Source: Nemertoderma westbladi (lineage: Eukaryota > Animalia > Xenacoelomorpha). Taken from it: DNA of 64,000 bases. The notes beneath the pieces are model-generated. The model did not search any database and was not told the DNA's origin. It saw only the letters and a list, made by a program, of their open reading frames with translations. This document shows positions 12,771 through 26,100 of this stretch, one piece after another (position 1 is the first letter of the stretch; every line of letters starts with the position of its first letter). Both the position numbers and the translations under genes were made by a program. The DNA lies in assembly GCA_032718475.1 (NCBI GenBank), contig JAUCBJ010007449.1, positions 1 to 64,000 of the forward strand. Direction: 5' to 3'.

Positions 12771-14031
12771 TAGGGCGGTGCGTTTTTTACTTTTTTTCGA
12801 TTTCATTGTTCTACCGGTGCACAAAAGTTGCCAAATGGTAAAAAAATAAGGCAAAAAAAATTTCTTTAAATTTCGTCTATATCTTCACGGATCCCAAGAG
12901 GGTTGAAGTTTTGAGCCATCGCGATGCACCATAATGAAATTTATAGCAATATTACACATTAATGAAAGATCAATGACTCAAGAAATAACTTCCTGCATGC
13001 ATCAAATGTCCTCAAATGGGTCCAAACTTAGTTAGATACCAAAGTTTTAATTTTAGGATCAAGGGAACTAGTGCCACAGGCACATGGACGGAACCAACCA
13101 TAGACATATCACTGCAACAAATTGATTTAGTGTATACAGACACCTTGAAAATTAAAGAGTAGTCATTAATTCACTATGGTTTTTGTACAAAACGTGTGGA
13201 ATGGGTCAACTCAATACCAAATATTAATTGGTGGATATAGTCTTGACATTTTGTAAAATAACTTAAGAACTAATGACTCTACCCTTATTTTGAACGTGTA
13301 TACACCCACTACATCGATCATTTCTCTGATGTGTATATTCTTGATTCCTTGAGATAATTCAAAGTATCATATTTTACTGTATTTGTCCATATCACATTAA
13401 GGCGGTAATGTAGACTTGTGCCAGACTTCACATTTTCTGCGATATCTCAAGAACTATTCGCTCTACGTTTGTTTTGAAGGTGTCTACCCCCACTAAATAC
13501 CCATTGCGGTTCTAATAAGCATATTATTAATGCAATAGGAGAATTCAAAGTTGGCCATCGCGAAAATTGAGAATTATCATCACTTGCGCCAAATGGTAGG
13601 TTCTGTCCATGTGCCTGTGGCACTAGTTCCCTTGATCCAAAAATTAAAATTTTGGTATCTAACTAAGTTTGGACCCATTTGATGACATTTGATGCATGCA
13701 GGAAGATATTTCTTGAGTCATTGATTTTTCATTAATGTGGAATATTGCTATAAATTTCATTATGGTGCATTGCGATGGCTCAAAATTTCAACCCTCTTGG
13801 GATCCGTGAAGATATAGACAAAATTTAAAGAATTTGATGACATTTGATGCATGCAGGAAGATATTTCTTGAGTCATTGATTTTTCATTAATGTGGAATAT
13901 TGCTATAAATTTCATTATGGTGCATCGCGATGGCTCAAAATTTCAACCCTCTTGGGATCCGTGAAGATATAGACGAAATTTAAAGAATTTAAAGAATTTA
14001 ATCGAAAAAAAGTAAAAAACGCACCGCCCTA
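12771..14031. mobile_element. Non-autonomous hAT-like foldback element
   Basis: Termini TAGGGCGGTGCG / CGCACCGCCCTA. 8-bp TSD TTGTACAT (12763-12770, 14032-14039). Inverted arms of ~330 bp, with a ~155-bp tandem duplication in the right arm. Confidence 0.9.
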
Positions 14032-14671
14032 TTGTACATTGTTGATTAGGGAATTTTTGGATATGGATGTTCTGGAATATGAAACTTTTAATATCCTACT
14101 TTAATTTGAATCTTTTTTTATGTTTGTGTTTTGTGTTGAAAGTAAAAAATATAAAAGTCCGTAAATTTGTTTGTTTTAATTTTTCCATCAGTCAGTCACA
14201 GCCCACTAAACAACTATCCCATCCAAGGCATATTATATACTTGGCATATAGTACGTCTTGGACCCATCCCAATCTAGGATGGCTAAAACGACTATCCTTA
14301 TCTGATCTGATCTGACAGTATCTGACACTTGTTCCACCTTGGTTCAGAGCCCACCTTGGTGTAGTGGTTATATTGCTTATAATAGACGAAAGTCAATAGG
14401 CTACGGTTAATGTTATATTTGATTGCGTCGCGGATAAAAGAAAGAAGAAGTTAAAGTTGTACATCCATTAAAATAGCATACGACAGTGTACAGTAGATCA
14501 AAACGGCCTGACGGCCGAATTAGGATTTATAAAATAAAGAATACGTAAAATCAACATATATTTTTTTAATTTATACAACAATCAATAGACATTGAACACA
14601 TAATTTCATTAACAAATATTGCGAAAACATAATTTAAATTAATTTGAAAAAGGGTTAGACCCTTAGAATGG

Positions 14672-14800
14672 CCCATGTGAAGAATACCAGACTTTCTGCC
14701 GTTATATTTCACTTTGCAGGTTACCCCATGTGAAGAATACCATACTTTCTGCTGTTATATTTCACTTTGCAGTTACCCCTATGTGAAGAATACCAGGTTT
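14672..14800. repeat. ~53-bp tandem repeat (~2.5 copies)
   Basis: cccatgtgaagaataccagactttctgccgttatatttcactttgcaggtta repeated. Confidence 0.75.
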
Positions 14801-15159
14801 TCACTAAAAACACAGGTTACAGAAGGGCCGAATCTAACCAAAACAATAAACGAATTAGTATATGTACAGGTTATAAGACAGAAATAAGCGCTATAATACA
14901 CTTAATAAAGATAAATTTAAAAAATAAAAAAATCTCCATAGGCCTATATAAAATTCTAATAAAAAGTCGACCGAAAAGTGAAATCCTGCTATTCATCACA
15001 TGGACGGTTAGAATAAATAATCCATGAACATTCACTGACTCTGAAATATGTATTCCGTATTAATCAGTCTATCTACATTCTATACGTTATGTGGGCAGAA
15101 AGGTAGACCAGCCTAAACTATACCAGAGGCTAGGTGAGTCGAATAAACATTTTCATTAT

Positions 15160-18100
15160 TTGGTCTGTTTTGGACAGGGAGAACTTGCGAGTGATAGAGC
15201 AAGGGGGGTCGCCACGGAACTGATTGAATTGGGGTGGTCTGGGGTAATAGAGCCAGACGTAGTGTACGTAGGGCCTTACTTAGTGGATGCTAGGGGAATT
15301 AAGTTAGTGGGATGGGCGGACCCGCACGATGGCGAATCCGAGGTTAACACCGAGGATTCGGTGTCATCGGTTAGCGAGAACCCCAGAAAGTGGGAGAAAG
15401 TTAGTAGGACAGAGAGGCGACGGGAGTCCGTCCGACCGATAAGTCCGCTACATCCTTCCGCAAAAGCAAGAAGGGTGTTAGAGATAGATCTGGTGTGTCA
15501 ACTAGACATTGTGGTGCTGGATCAGAAGGAGTTGGAGAGGCAACTAGACGAGGGAACCGCATTATTAGAGAGAGAGAGAGAGTTAGCGAGAGAGTGTAAA
15601 AAGAGGGCCGAGAGGGTGGCGAGAAACGGTAGAGAGCGGGAAGAGAGAGAGAGATGAACGAGCGCAAAGAGCGAGAGGCTAGAGAGACGAACGAGCGCAA
15701 AGAGTGAGAGGCGAGAGAGACGAGCGAGTGCAAAGAGCGTGAGGTGAGGAGGGTTGAGAGGATTGCGAGAGAGAGAGAGTTGGTCGACCAAAGTTAGAGA
15801 GAGGACAGAGAGAGGTAATGGAAACCTTTGTTAATACCCCACTGACAGGCACTGGGCAACAGACCCAGGACTGGTGTAACCATACGGGGGGGGGGGGGGG
15901 GGGTAATAATAATAATACGTTAGAGGGAATTAATATTAATAGTACCGTAATAGACAACCCCAATCAAACCTTTGTTGCAGGTAATAATATTTTACCCAGT
16001 AATAATAATTCTAATTTAAATGTGCAAAATAATCCAAATAATAATTCTAATTTAAATGTGCAAAATAATCCAAATAATTCTAATTTAAATGTGCAAAATA
16101 ATCCAAATAATTCTAATTTAAATGTGCAAAATAATCCATATAATAACCCTAATTCTGAACAAAATAATTTGAATAATTTAAATAATTTAGGTAACAATGT
16201 TGCGTTAGACAATAATCCCGGGGAAATTAATCAAAATAATATTATCAATAACGGTGCAATTAATACGAACGTAGGGGAGACAGGTGGTCCGGCCAGCGAG
16301 AGCCTGCAAGGCCACGTAGTCACACAGGGAGTAGCGGGGGTGAGTCAACCCAACAGGAGCCTGCAACGCCACGCAGTCGCACAGGGAATAGCGGGGGCGA
16401 GTCAACCCAACGAGAGCCTGCAAGGCCACGCAGTAGCACAGGGAGTAGGGGGGTGAGTCAACCCAATGGGAGCCTGCAAGGCCACGCAGTCGCACATGGA
16501 GAGGCAGAGGTGAGTAGATCCAGCCAGGGTAGAGATAGTGCGTCGACTAGAGAGGGGCGTAGAAGCTAAGTAGGAGGTAGCGAAGTAAGAGGTGGCGGGC
16601 ACCCCACCACGAGAGGGGGGGGGGGGGGGGGGGGCATAGAATGTCCCACAAGTATCGGCGGACAATGCACGCGGCGAGTTAGGTGAACCGCGGCACCCGA
16701 CGACAGAGAATAGTAGGGGGATTACTAGTATCCCCAGGAGCGTCCAACCGGGTAGAGAGAGAGAGGTTGGCGCTGTGAGCAGGCAAATGACAAGACGTCG
16801 AGCCCAGTCGGAAGACGGAAGAAGAACAACGGAGTTTATCTGGGAGGTCGAAGCGAGATCTCACGAGGGGGATCGCTACACTGAAGAGAGAAGAAGCGAA
16901 GATAATAGAAGAACGGTTGCTACGAGCAACCGGAGAGCAAGGACGGACAGTGAACTGTCGGTAGCAGAGATGGAGTTAGAGAGTCAGTGGGGTCGAACTC
17001 CGGGAGATTGCCATCGCCCCAGAGAGATGCTGCCTGGTGAGATATATCACACACTGGGAGAAGGGTACAGGATGTACCGGTGCGAGGACGAGGACAGGAG
17101 AGGGGATCGAAGGGAAACTTCCTGACGGGACATAGCTGCTGATCGAGAGTACGGTAGTCGCGGGGAGGTCTTCTTGGAATATTCGAGAAGATTAAACTTC
17201 GGTCCGGAGGGACACAGGCAGACTGCAGGACATACTGTAGGCCTTACTGCACATACTATAGGCCATGCTGGAAGAGATAGTGTAGGCGATAGGGTAGCGC
17301 AGACAATGGGATTAGACCAGGAAGTCGTGGCATACATACCGGTAGGTAGGCAAGAGGTGAATAGGCTTGTACCGGTACCTGCACTCCAGTATGACTATAA
17401 TATGCAAGGATATAACATATACCCAGGGGAGGGGGGAGTTATTGCCGGTAGGTGTATGGACCCTAACATGGTAACATCAACCCCAATACCAAATATAACA
17501 CCGGTGGGGGGGGGGGGGGGGGGGGGGGGGCAGGGTGACATTCCCCCATTACAATATCAGCAATACACTCAACCAAGAAAAAAAACCCCGAACCCCTTAG
17601 ACCAAAATAAATCATATGACACAGAGATATGGAGGGGACCGTTACCCCCAATGATATATCCAACGCAGAAGAGGTCGACAGGCCCGATGGGCAAACCGCA
17701 CCCAGCAGCAGGGGAATCTGCACAGCATCCATTGAGCCCACTAGAAGTACAAGCGATGGGAATGGCAACACTCATCGACGCGCTTAAGACCAGGATCAAG
17801 CTGCCGCCAGTGGAGCCATTTAATTTCGATGGAAGCAGACTGGAAGAATATCTGCAATTCCGACGCATGTACAGTAACGAAATATTGACAAAGAACCTGA
17901 CACAGGCGGAGTGCCTAAAATATTTACAAGTTTAAACAGGGAGCCCAGCATACGACATCGTGAGGCAGTATCAAGGTATCGAAGGTGGATTCACAACTGC
18001 ATGGCGGGCCCTAGACAGGGAATACGGACATCCTGCCAAGATCATCCGACAAACCCTAAGGGGAATTACATCAGGCGGATTACAGGATAACCCTCTCAGC

Positions 18101-19160
18101 ATCAAGACTTTCGCGAATAAAGTCGAAAAGGCGCTGATTGTGCTGAAGACCTTAGATGCAATAGCGCAGGCACTACCCATCTGGCTAAGAAACAAGTGGA
18201 TAAATATCGCCTTCTCCACCCAGGAGAAGAAGGGTGTGGAGCCGGGCCTAGAGGAGATGTCGAACTTCGTCAATTACGAGGCAGAACTAATCACAGACCC
18301 AGTCTACAGCAAGGATAGTCTGGGGAGGGCGCCGACAGCCGAATACAACAGGCCGAAACCAGAGCACAGTGCAGCAAATGCGTTACCGAAGTTAAGACAG
18401 TCACTACCATACACGGCAACACAGGGGACTACAAGTCCACAGATAGGTGGGAGTAGGGCCACACCGTGGCATGAACAGGGACAAAATAATAACACGAACA
18501 GATACAATCCCAACGAACCCAGTAGGCCAAACCCAAATAATAAGAACGCTAGACAGCTAAGTATGAATACGCGCGATACGCGATGCGCTGTATAGAGAAG
18601 GCTATAACCCGAAAAACAAATGCCAATTACACTCAAACGCATTCCATCAGACCATGAACTGCAAGTATTGGCAGGCGTTGCCTAAACAAGATCAAGTAGC
18701 CTATGCAGATATAAATGGACCATGTCATCGATGCGTGGTAGAAGGACACAGATTCGGAGAGTGCAGAGAAACATCGATAGAATACGACGAAACTGATGAG
18801 ACTGGAGGCCAAACTATGGATACGAGCACAACGGGAGCAATGAGAACAGTACTACTCGAAGTAGTACCAGTGAGAATAACAGGAGAGGACGGGCTATCGG
18901 TCACAACATTAATGTTGATCGATAGTGGAGCAGCGTTCACGCTAACGGAGGGTTGGGTGGCCAAAAAGATAGGGTTACGAACGAGGCCAAGCAAGATGGC
19001 GGTAACCACTATCTCGAGTAAAGACGAGGTCTTCAAGATGAGAACGGGGCATTGTAAAATATCAGCGATAACGCCAGAGTGCGATTATGGGGCGACCATC
19101 GATCCCATTCAAATAATAGAATCGATTAATATTAATGCCAGGCGACCCACGAACTACCTT
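15160..19160 (+). pseudogene. BEL/Pao gag (long low-complexity N-terminus, DUF1759-like) and aspartic protease (DUF1758-like), frameshifted
   Basis: ORF pieces 15091-15657, 15818-16456, 16775-17125, 17174-17935, 17960-18595 and 18654-19184. Contains NNSNLNVQ repeats and 60-bp SLQGHAVAQGVAGVSQP repeats. Confidence 0.75.
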
Positions 19161-19169
19161 TGGGGAGGG

Positions 19170-19680
19170 CGACACAAGCCCTAAAGCCACAGAGAGAGGT
19201 GAGAGGTCAAACCACCTCGGAGGGAGAACACAGCTAGTAGAGGCTAGTGGCGGGGGGAAACACTCATAGGGAGTGCCAAAGTGACAATTAGTATATAAGC
19301 CAATAGCAGGCAGGGGAGCACGTGAACAGAGATAGGAAAGCATCCACTGGGTACAGAAGGCCAAGTAGAGTAGGAGGTGAAACCAATATCTGTGTGTATC
19401 AATCATATAACTATTCTGTATTACTGATATACTGGTCAGTTCATTAATCACAGAGTTGCAGACCGGTCATAGTTTTCGACCATCACCAATCAATATCTAT
19501 TACTGATTTACTGCTGTCATTCTGTATTGTGATATCAATTACATACTGATTCTGTGCTATTATCATTTGGAACATTAACATTGAGGAACACAAAACTGTT
19601 ATTTTCCCGAACAGCTTTCAGCCAAAAGGAACACTAGCCCAGCAAATCTAACTCGGTCGGGATCTACGATCCCGTCACAC
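19170..19680 (+). repeat. LTR-like segment (second copy, inverted, at ~34035-34375)
   Basis: gacacaagccctaa.gccacagagagaggtgagaggtcaaacc... is closely similar to the reverse complement of 34035-34375. TATA-like gtatataag inside, ends ...gtcaca. Right boundary approximate. Confidence 0.65.
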
Positions 19681-21574
19681 ACGCACTCATCCTGATATGG
19701 CCCGTACAGATACAGTGTCATTCTCCTCTTGCCTGAACCCACCACGTCATAATATCTATGTAGGCCTATACGTACATCATTTTCTTCCTTTGTCAGTACC
19801 GTCGTAGTAGGCTTAATGGGACATTCTGATGGGCGTTCCGGCTCGCAGCTCCCTAGCTCCAGGTACTCCCATTCCCCGTATTTGCTCCTCCTTGCTGTTG
19901 CCGTTGTTCCAGGAGCCCCTGTTCGCCCCTCCTTATGCCTTGCCGTTGTCCCGTTTACTCTCCATTCGCCATATAAATAAGCAAGTATACAATGCTGCAG
20001 TGCTTGTACCGGTGACTGCTGTACTACAGTACTAATATAGCAGTCCCTGCAGCAACAAACTGCCCCAATTTATACAAAGACTGTATTAGGTATCTGAATG
20101 TTGATATAAATTGAATTCGGAGGCGTATAGTGACGTCATGACCAATCACAGATCGTTTTCATATTTTGAATAATTTTTAAACTGAAAACACAAATATCTT
20201 GGCTATTTTAGCATCTTATTGAATTCTGTAAACGCCGATGTGTTTCTGTGATATTATTGCATCTAATTCATCTGGTTTTCAATTTGAGTCGTGTACCCCA
20301 TTGTATCCTTGATGTTCAAAGCTCTTAATGTAACTTGTTTTGGTATCAGTATTGAGTTACTAGTTATGATAGAATTCCTCTGCTCTTCTTTGAAATATAA
20401 TAAAATATAAGCTGCGTGAGTATTCACAGAATTTGAAAAATCTTTGGAATTTCGCTTGGGGCGAGTATATTGGCATTGACTACCATTGTCGTTCGATTTT
20501 TGAATCTGGGTCGAAGAGACACGATCCAGGATGATTCCACTAGAATGAAAAAGTTCCTCAGTATATAGATTCATTGCAGATTAAGTTGATTAATATATTA
20601 TAGACAAACTAGGCCTAAGGACTAAACACTAAAAACTTTTAGTCTAAGGGATTGACAGTCTAAGGGAAGTCTAAGGTTACCCCCCTAAAGTTGCATTTGG
20701 GTTTAAAATGATTGCACAACAACAAATATTAATTTTGGATTACTTCTTGCTTGGCCCCAACGTAATTGAAGCTATCATTTCATATTTAGTACAAGCTTTC
20801 AGCACCAGTTTTTGTGGGCTTATAAACACTGGTGTTAGACAAGGTTTTTGCATACGGAAATGCTATGCTAATTTCCCTCCGTTATTTATGAATGTCCAGA
20901 TTTTCGGACAGTTTTCTTCTCTTTTTATTACCAAATGAGTTATAAAATGTTCATTCAACCATATACGTTATTAAATAAATTGTTACTAATAAGTGGCTAA
21001 TCTTCTGTATTTAAGGCCATGCAGAAAAACCACACAAAAGAATTGGCGCCACAAGCAATGCACTACCCTAGATCATACAAACTATAATTTTTACTGGAAT
21101 TTGGAATGTCATTGCATAGAGTGTAAGCATATGCAATGTACATGCATACTGTGCATAGCATTCTATTGGATGTCTATTGTTTGCCACTCTCACTGGGGGG
21201 TCGTCGTCTACCTCTTACATGCAGATAAGAACAAAGGATAGAACGATTGAACACAGGGTATATGCTGTGTAGAATGTGATAATGTGTAATGTATTTGCTG
21301 GCACATGTGCCATTTCTTAATTTTATTGGACCACAAATTACAATAATTAAACCTTTAAAATGGGGCATAAGTATAGTTTGTTGTAGCAACTGTCATAACA
21401 AACTTTATTTCGACATACAACTTTTATAAATTTTATTGAAGTGACGAAAAGTAATCCAGACACAGGTGAGTATGGGTTACTTTAAACACAGCAGCTCTAC
21501 TAATTACATTGTGTTCTGAATATATTATTACCATCAAATTAATAACCTATATAACTTTTTGTGTCCTTCTTTAA

Positions 21575-22981
21575 CCCTATTAAACCCGGTGGGGGGGGGG
21601 GGGGGGGGGGGGCGTCAATATGACCCCCCCCCCGTGGTTTTTTTATTATAATTCTGAAACGAACGCAGTTGGGAATCTGAAATTTTATGACATTTCCTAA
21701 AAATCTATTGTCTTCCTAGTAGTGAAAATCGTTTTCAAAAATATTGGGTAGTTTTCGAGTTATAGCACCATTTTTTAACCCTACTTTTGGCACTTTTTTT
21801 GAGACGTTTTTTGAAAATTACATTTAATTAAATATGAATTGTAACATCTCTATTTTTGATTTACACCGGTTTTTTGGTGTTAGCAATTGGATGGAATTCA
21901 TATAAATTGATTTAGAAATTTCAAACATGTAGTTTTCGGCGGGTGCCAAATTTTGGTGCCAGCACCAAATTTTGAAATATGTCAATTTTGTAAATTGATT
22001 GTTTGAAACTTGTTTTTTACGCAATTGGGGTTTTTTGGGGTTATGGTTTCGATGAAATATATACGAGTTGCACCAAGCGTATCAAACTTGTATTTTTCGG
22101 TGCTGGGTGCAAATTTTGGTGCTAGCACGAAATTTTGAAAATCCATTCAATAGATAAAATTGCTTGTGACAAATTGTTTCTCTAGTTTTAGATGTTTATG
22201 GCTGTTCTGAATTCAATGGAATATATAATTATCGAACTAGACATCTCAAACTTGTATTTTTCGGAAGTGGGTGCAAAATGTGGTGCTAGCACAAAATTTT
22301 GAAAACCATCAAATATATCAATTGATTGTGTCACCTTGTTTCTTGCGTTATACGGGTTTGTGAGGGTTCTGAATCCGATGGAATCAATAAAAACAGCACT
22401 GGACATTGCAAACTTGTACTTTTTGGTGATGGGTACGAAATTTGGTGCTAGCACCAAAATTTGCCAAATTACGCCGAAAAATACAAGTAGCAATGATCTG
22501 GCATATTAGAAATGTATTCCATTAGAAAACCTGGAAATGTGAATTTATAGCATCGTATAAGTGAATTAGAAATTTTGTGTTCTAACTGAAAAGTGCTGGT
22601 TACTTGTTTTTTTCATTTTTTTCCTACGCAGAGAGGACTAAACAGCCATTTATAGTAATCATATCATTTTTAAATATTTTCCAATGTATTTTGCGCCCAA
22701 GAAAACCTGTATTGAAACACAATTAGCCGAAAAATTTAACTTTCAAATTTTGTGAAAATTGTGCACTACTTGTAATTTTGGTACTGCAATATAACCACCC
22801 CAGTAAATTTTTTCGAAAATTTTTTTTTCGGTCGGATCCAGACTCGTGATACCTACGCACAAACAAAAAATCAGACGTTTTCGTAAAAATATGTAGATTT
22901 TAGAGGGGGGGGGGGGGGGGGTCAATATGACCCCTTCCCCCCGGTATTTGTACAACATTTTATAGCCCGGTACTAATAGGG
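21575..22981. mobile_element. Non-autonomous piggyBac-like element, copy 1
   Basis: TTAA TSD (21571-21574, 22982-22985). Termini CCCTATTA / TAATAGGG. Palindromic GGGGTCAATATGACCCC near both ends. Internal tandem subrepeats. Near-identical to 43579-45136. Confidence 0.9.
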
Positions 22982-23029
22982 TTAATTTTAACCAACTGTC
23001 TCTCTTTATATGAAGTTATTTAGTTTAAA

Positions 23030-23058
23030 AGATAGGACACTTTTTGGACCACTCTGTA
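23030..23058. repeat. Tc1/mariner-like terminal inverted repeat end (GGACACTTTTTGGACCACTCTG-TA)
   Basis: Reverse complement TA-CAGAGTGGTCCAAAAAGTGTCC resembles Tc1-type termini. Partner end not located. Confidence 0.4.
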
Positions 23059-23152
23059 TAATCAGCACCAGAGTCAGGTTCACCTCACTGAATACTATCA
23101 TCAAATAATTAAGTAACAATTAAATTTATTATTAACTTTTTAGAGTTCAACT

Positions 23153-26100
23153 ATGTCTTACGGATGTGTTATATTCTTTGCTTTAACTTTGGTCACTGGT
23201 GAGTATATAAATGTTACTTGTCTTGACTAAATTGCTTCAGAAGTGCTACACTATATATAGTCATTCTAAAAAATATAACAAAATTTAGCATTTTACCATC
23301 AGTATCAGCAATGTAGATTATCAAACTCAATATTTATTGTAAGTTAGCATATTACAACTTCACAAATTACAATTCGGGGTCTACCATATGCCCTTGAAAG
23401 TTTCAAATATCTAGGATTGCTTAGAACAATGCAACTAACTTGACGTTTCTAAACCTAATCTAAAGGTGTCCAAGGCCAGACGCAACCCGAAGGCTCCTAC
23501 CCGAAGGTAGGGATGGGCGCTACTGCTATCCCTTGGTACTTTTTTATTGGCCACATTTGATGAGGTGGAGTGGATCCTGGCGGGGCTGAACCTACAACCA
23601 ATAGATTGCAGCCCCAGCGCTCAACCAACTTTGAGCTACACCACCTGTCTAGCCGATTCTATCTAACCATAATTAGTCAACTGGAAGTCATTGAGATTTC
23701 TCACCAAAACGCCATCGGAGTGGGGTCGTAGTATCACCACCCGGTTTAGTTTCCCAAGAGCGCCGTACACGTGTAACTGGCCCTGGGAGCGGGAGCTGGT
23801 TGCAAGGAGATGGTTATACACATAGGGACACCAACGGACGCGGGTTAGGTTGGTGGAGCCGGTTGCGAAGGAGGCCAGGGGACCTCGAGGCATGTCCTCG
23901 TCCGTACGATGTCGGTTGTACATCTCGGTCTCCATGTAGAAGATCTTACTGCAGGGTTTAACGGAGTGAACTTTGTTCAGGGTAAACAGGGTGATATGGG
24001 CGTGCTGGATAACAGGGGGTGTGTTGGAGGAGCTGAGAGTTGCTGATGCTAAGAGAGGTGAGGTTGTAAGGCCTGGGGTGGCGGGACAGGGGGTGGGGCT
24101 GATGGTAGGATGGCAATGGGGGTGGTAGGATGTGGAATTGGCGTAGTGAGTGCGGCACCAGCTGGAGGGCCTTGACTTACGACCGGAGATACACTATCAT
24201 GTAATGATTCTACATTACAAGCTGCATCACTCACGAATTTCCCAACTTTATGTTCGATAGGCCTACCCTCTCCGTTTTCACTTTGACTAGCAATGGCAGG
24301 AGAATTACCACTGCGGCTGTGTTAATAGTGCAATGCCGGCCATCGACATGATTGAACTGTCACATCCACTTTCACTTTCACCTATGATTTTCTCAAGTTT
24401 ATCAACATCTTCAATGCCAGTGAGAGGACATCTTAAAAAAGAGGCGTCTCAATACGTCATGGGCTGCCTACCATCCTTATTGTCCCATTGGGGCTAGCAA
24501 AGCACAAGCCTTTGCTCGGGGTGGTCCTCTGTTAGAGTGTGAAGCTTGGAGGGCCAATGAGAAACCTCCAATGCTATATAGGATCTGGTTTAAGAGGTGG
24601 GCATTGTACTTGACACAATAGCCTAATATATGTCCTACCACGAGATGTTCTCGGCAGTTAGAGCCCACCATTTAGAAGTACTGGCTCTTCTGCTGCTCTA
24701 AATATTAGAACCTTGAGATTCAGATGTATTCTTTGTGAGTTACAAACATGGACATGGACAGTCCATTCAATGCTGCCCAGCCCATTTCTCTGACGTATTC
24801 GAAGATCTTCAACTGACTTCCGGATTTAAGATTCCAATTAGCAGGAGTCATCGTCTTGGTCAAGCACACCATTCTTATAGCACAAGTCAAAGTCATCAGC
24901 AAAGTCTAGAACACTAAGGTGCAAAGCTGGACTTCCTGGACTTCTAGAGCCAGTTCGAGGTGTTACCATCACCCCATCTTCATTATGATCTAATGATGGA
25001 CCTGCGTATAACATTGTCAACCACATTTATGATTTATAATGATGCAATTGTGTCGCCCTGGAGGACTCCCCATAAAACTGCTAATATTATAACTCACCAT
25101 CAGTGGTCAACACAAATGTCGTTGAACCATCGCATGTTGGCGTTATGCTCATATATTTTGTGTATTATTTTGCTAATTTTGTTTCCTTGAGTGAGATTTG
25201 GAGGGAGTTTGTGAGTGCAATGAGTCTCAGAAGCGAGTTTGTCGACTCAAAATTCTGAAGATACACAGGAATCTGTAAGCACGCAGCTCCCCCAAACAAC
25301 ACAACAAATTGGACCAGGGGGGGGGGGGGGTGGGTTAATCTGAAGAACCACTTCCTTGACCTTCTTTAACTATCATATATTGTTTGGTTAACATTGTCTG
25401 AAACCTTAACTAACGTATATACATCCTTTACTAACTAACTTACTATTTATAACCCCAGCCAGTTCCAAATCGGGATCGGGATCGGGATCAGGGTCAGGGG
25501 AGAAAATCGACTGTCATACGAAATTCTCGATCTCTGAGGATACTGTATTAGACAATCAGATATCCTCTGCGCTCACCGCATTGTTGGATTCAAGTGTGCC
25601 AAAGAGCAAAGAGGGACAGGTCTGCCGCTCGTGTTCTGTGAGTTTTAATAATATACATAACTAATGTTGGTGGTGGACTAAGCCATTCTAGAAAAATTGT
25701 AGATCATACATGAGTTCATGCCTGATCAACTGATACAATGGAAACTGGAGGCAAACTATGTATTTTACTACATTACATAACTTATCGGGCCTCTGGAGAA
25801 ATTGTCGCAACACTATATCATTTAATATGTCAAACGATATACGTAATTTTGTCTTGATATAATTCTGTAATGTGTATATTTTGTCATATTGTAATAATTT
25901 GTAATGTGTATATCTTGTCATATTGTTATTATTTGTAATGTATACTTTTGTAATTACAGTAGTAATTATTTACGTATTGCAAAAAAGCTATGTAAATCCG
26001 TATTTTAATGGTTGTGTAATACACAACCATGTGTATGCCTATGCCAATTTTAGCTCCATGGTTGATAATTCAAGAAACCGTTCCTGTATACCCTTGAAAC

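Larger units (their letters stand above)
15160..19680 (+). mobile_element. Internally deleted BEL/Pao LTR retrotransposon (gag-protease joined to PPT + LTR, no pol)
   Basis: Gag motifs IKLPPVEPFNFDG..YLQF..CLKYL, AWRALDREYG and Cys/His knuckles. Protease LLEVVPV..LIDSGA. Purine tract GGGGAGGG at ~19162 followed by an LTR-like segment. Confidence 0.8.

Noticed and set aside
20263-21389. Short ORFs as exons of a second host gene or transposase
   Set aside because: No recognisable motif or consistent splice structure on manual translation.
23570-23645. Functional tRNA-Cys gene
   Set aside because: Acceptor stem and T-arm are imperfect and the unit continues into a SINE-like body.
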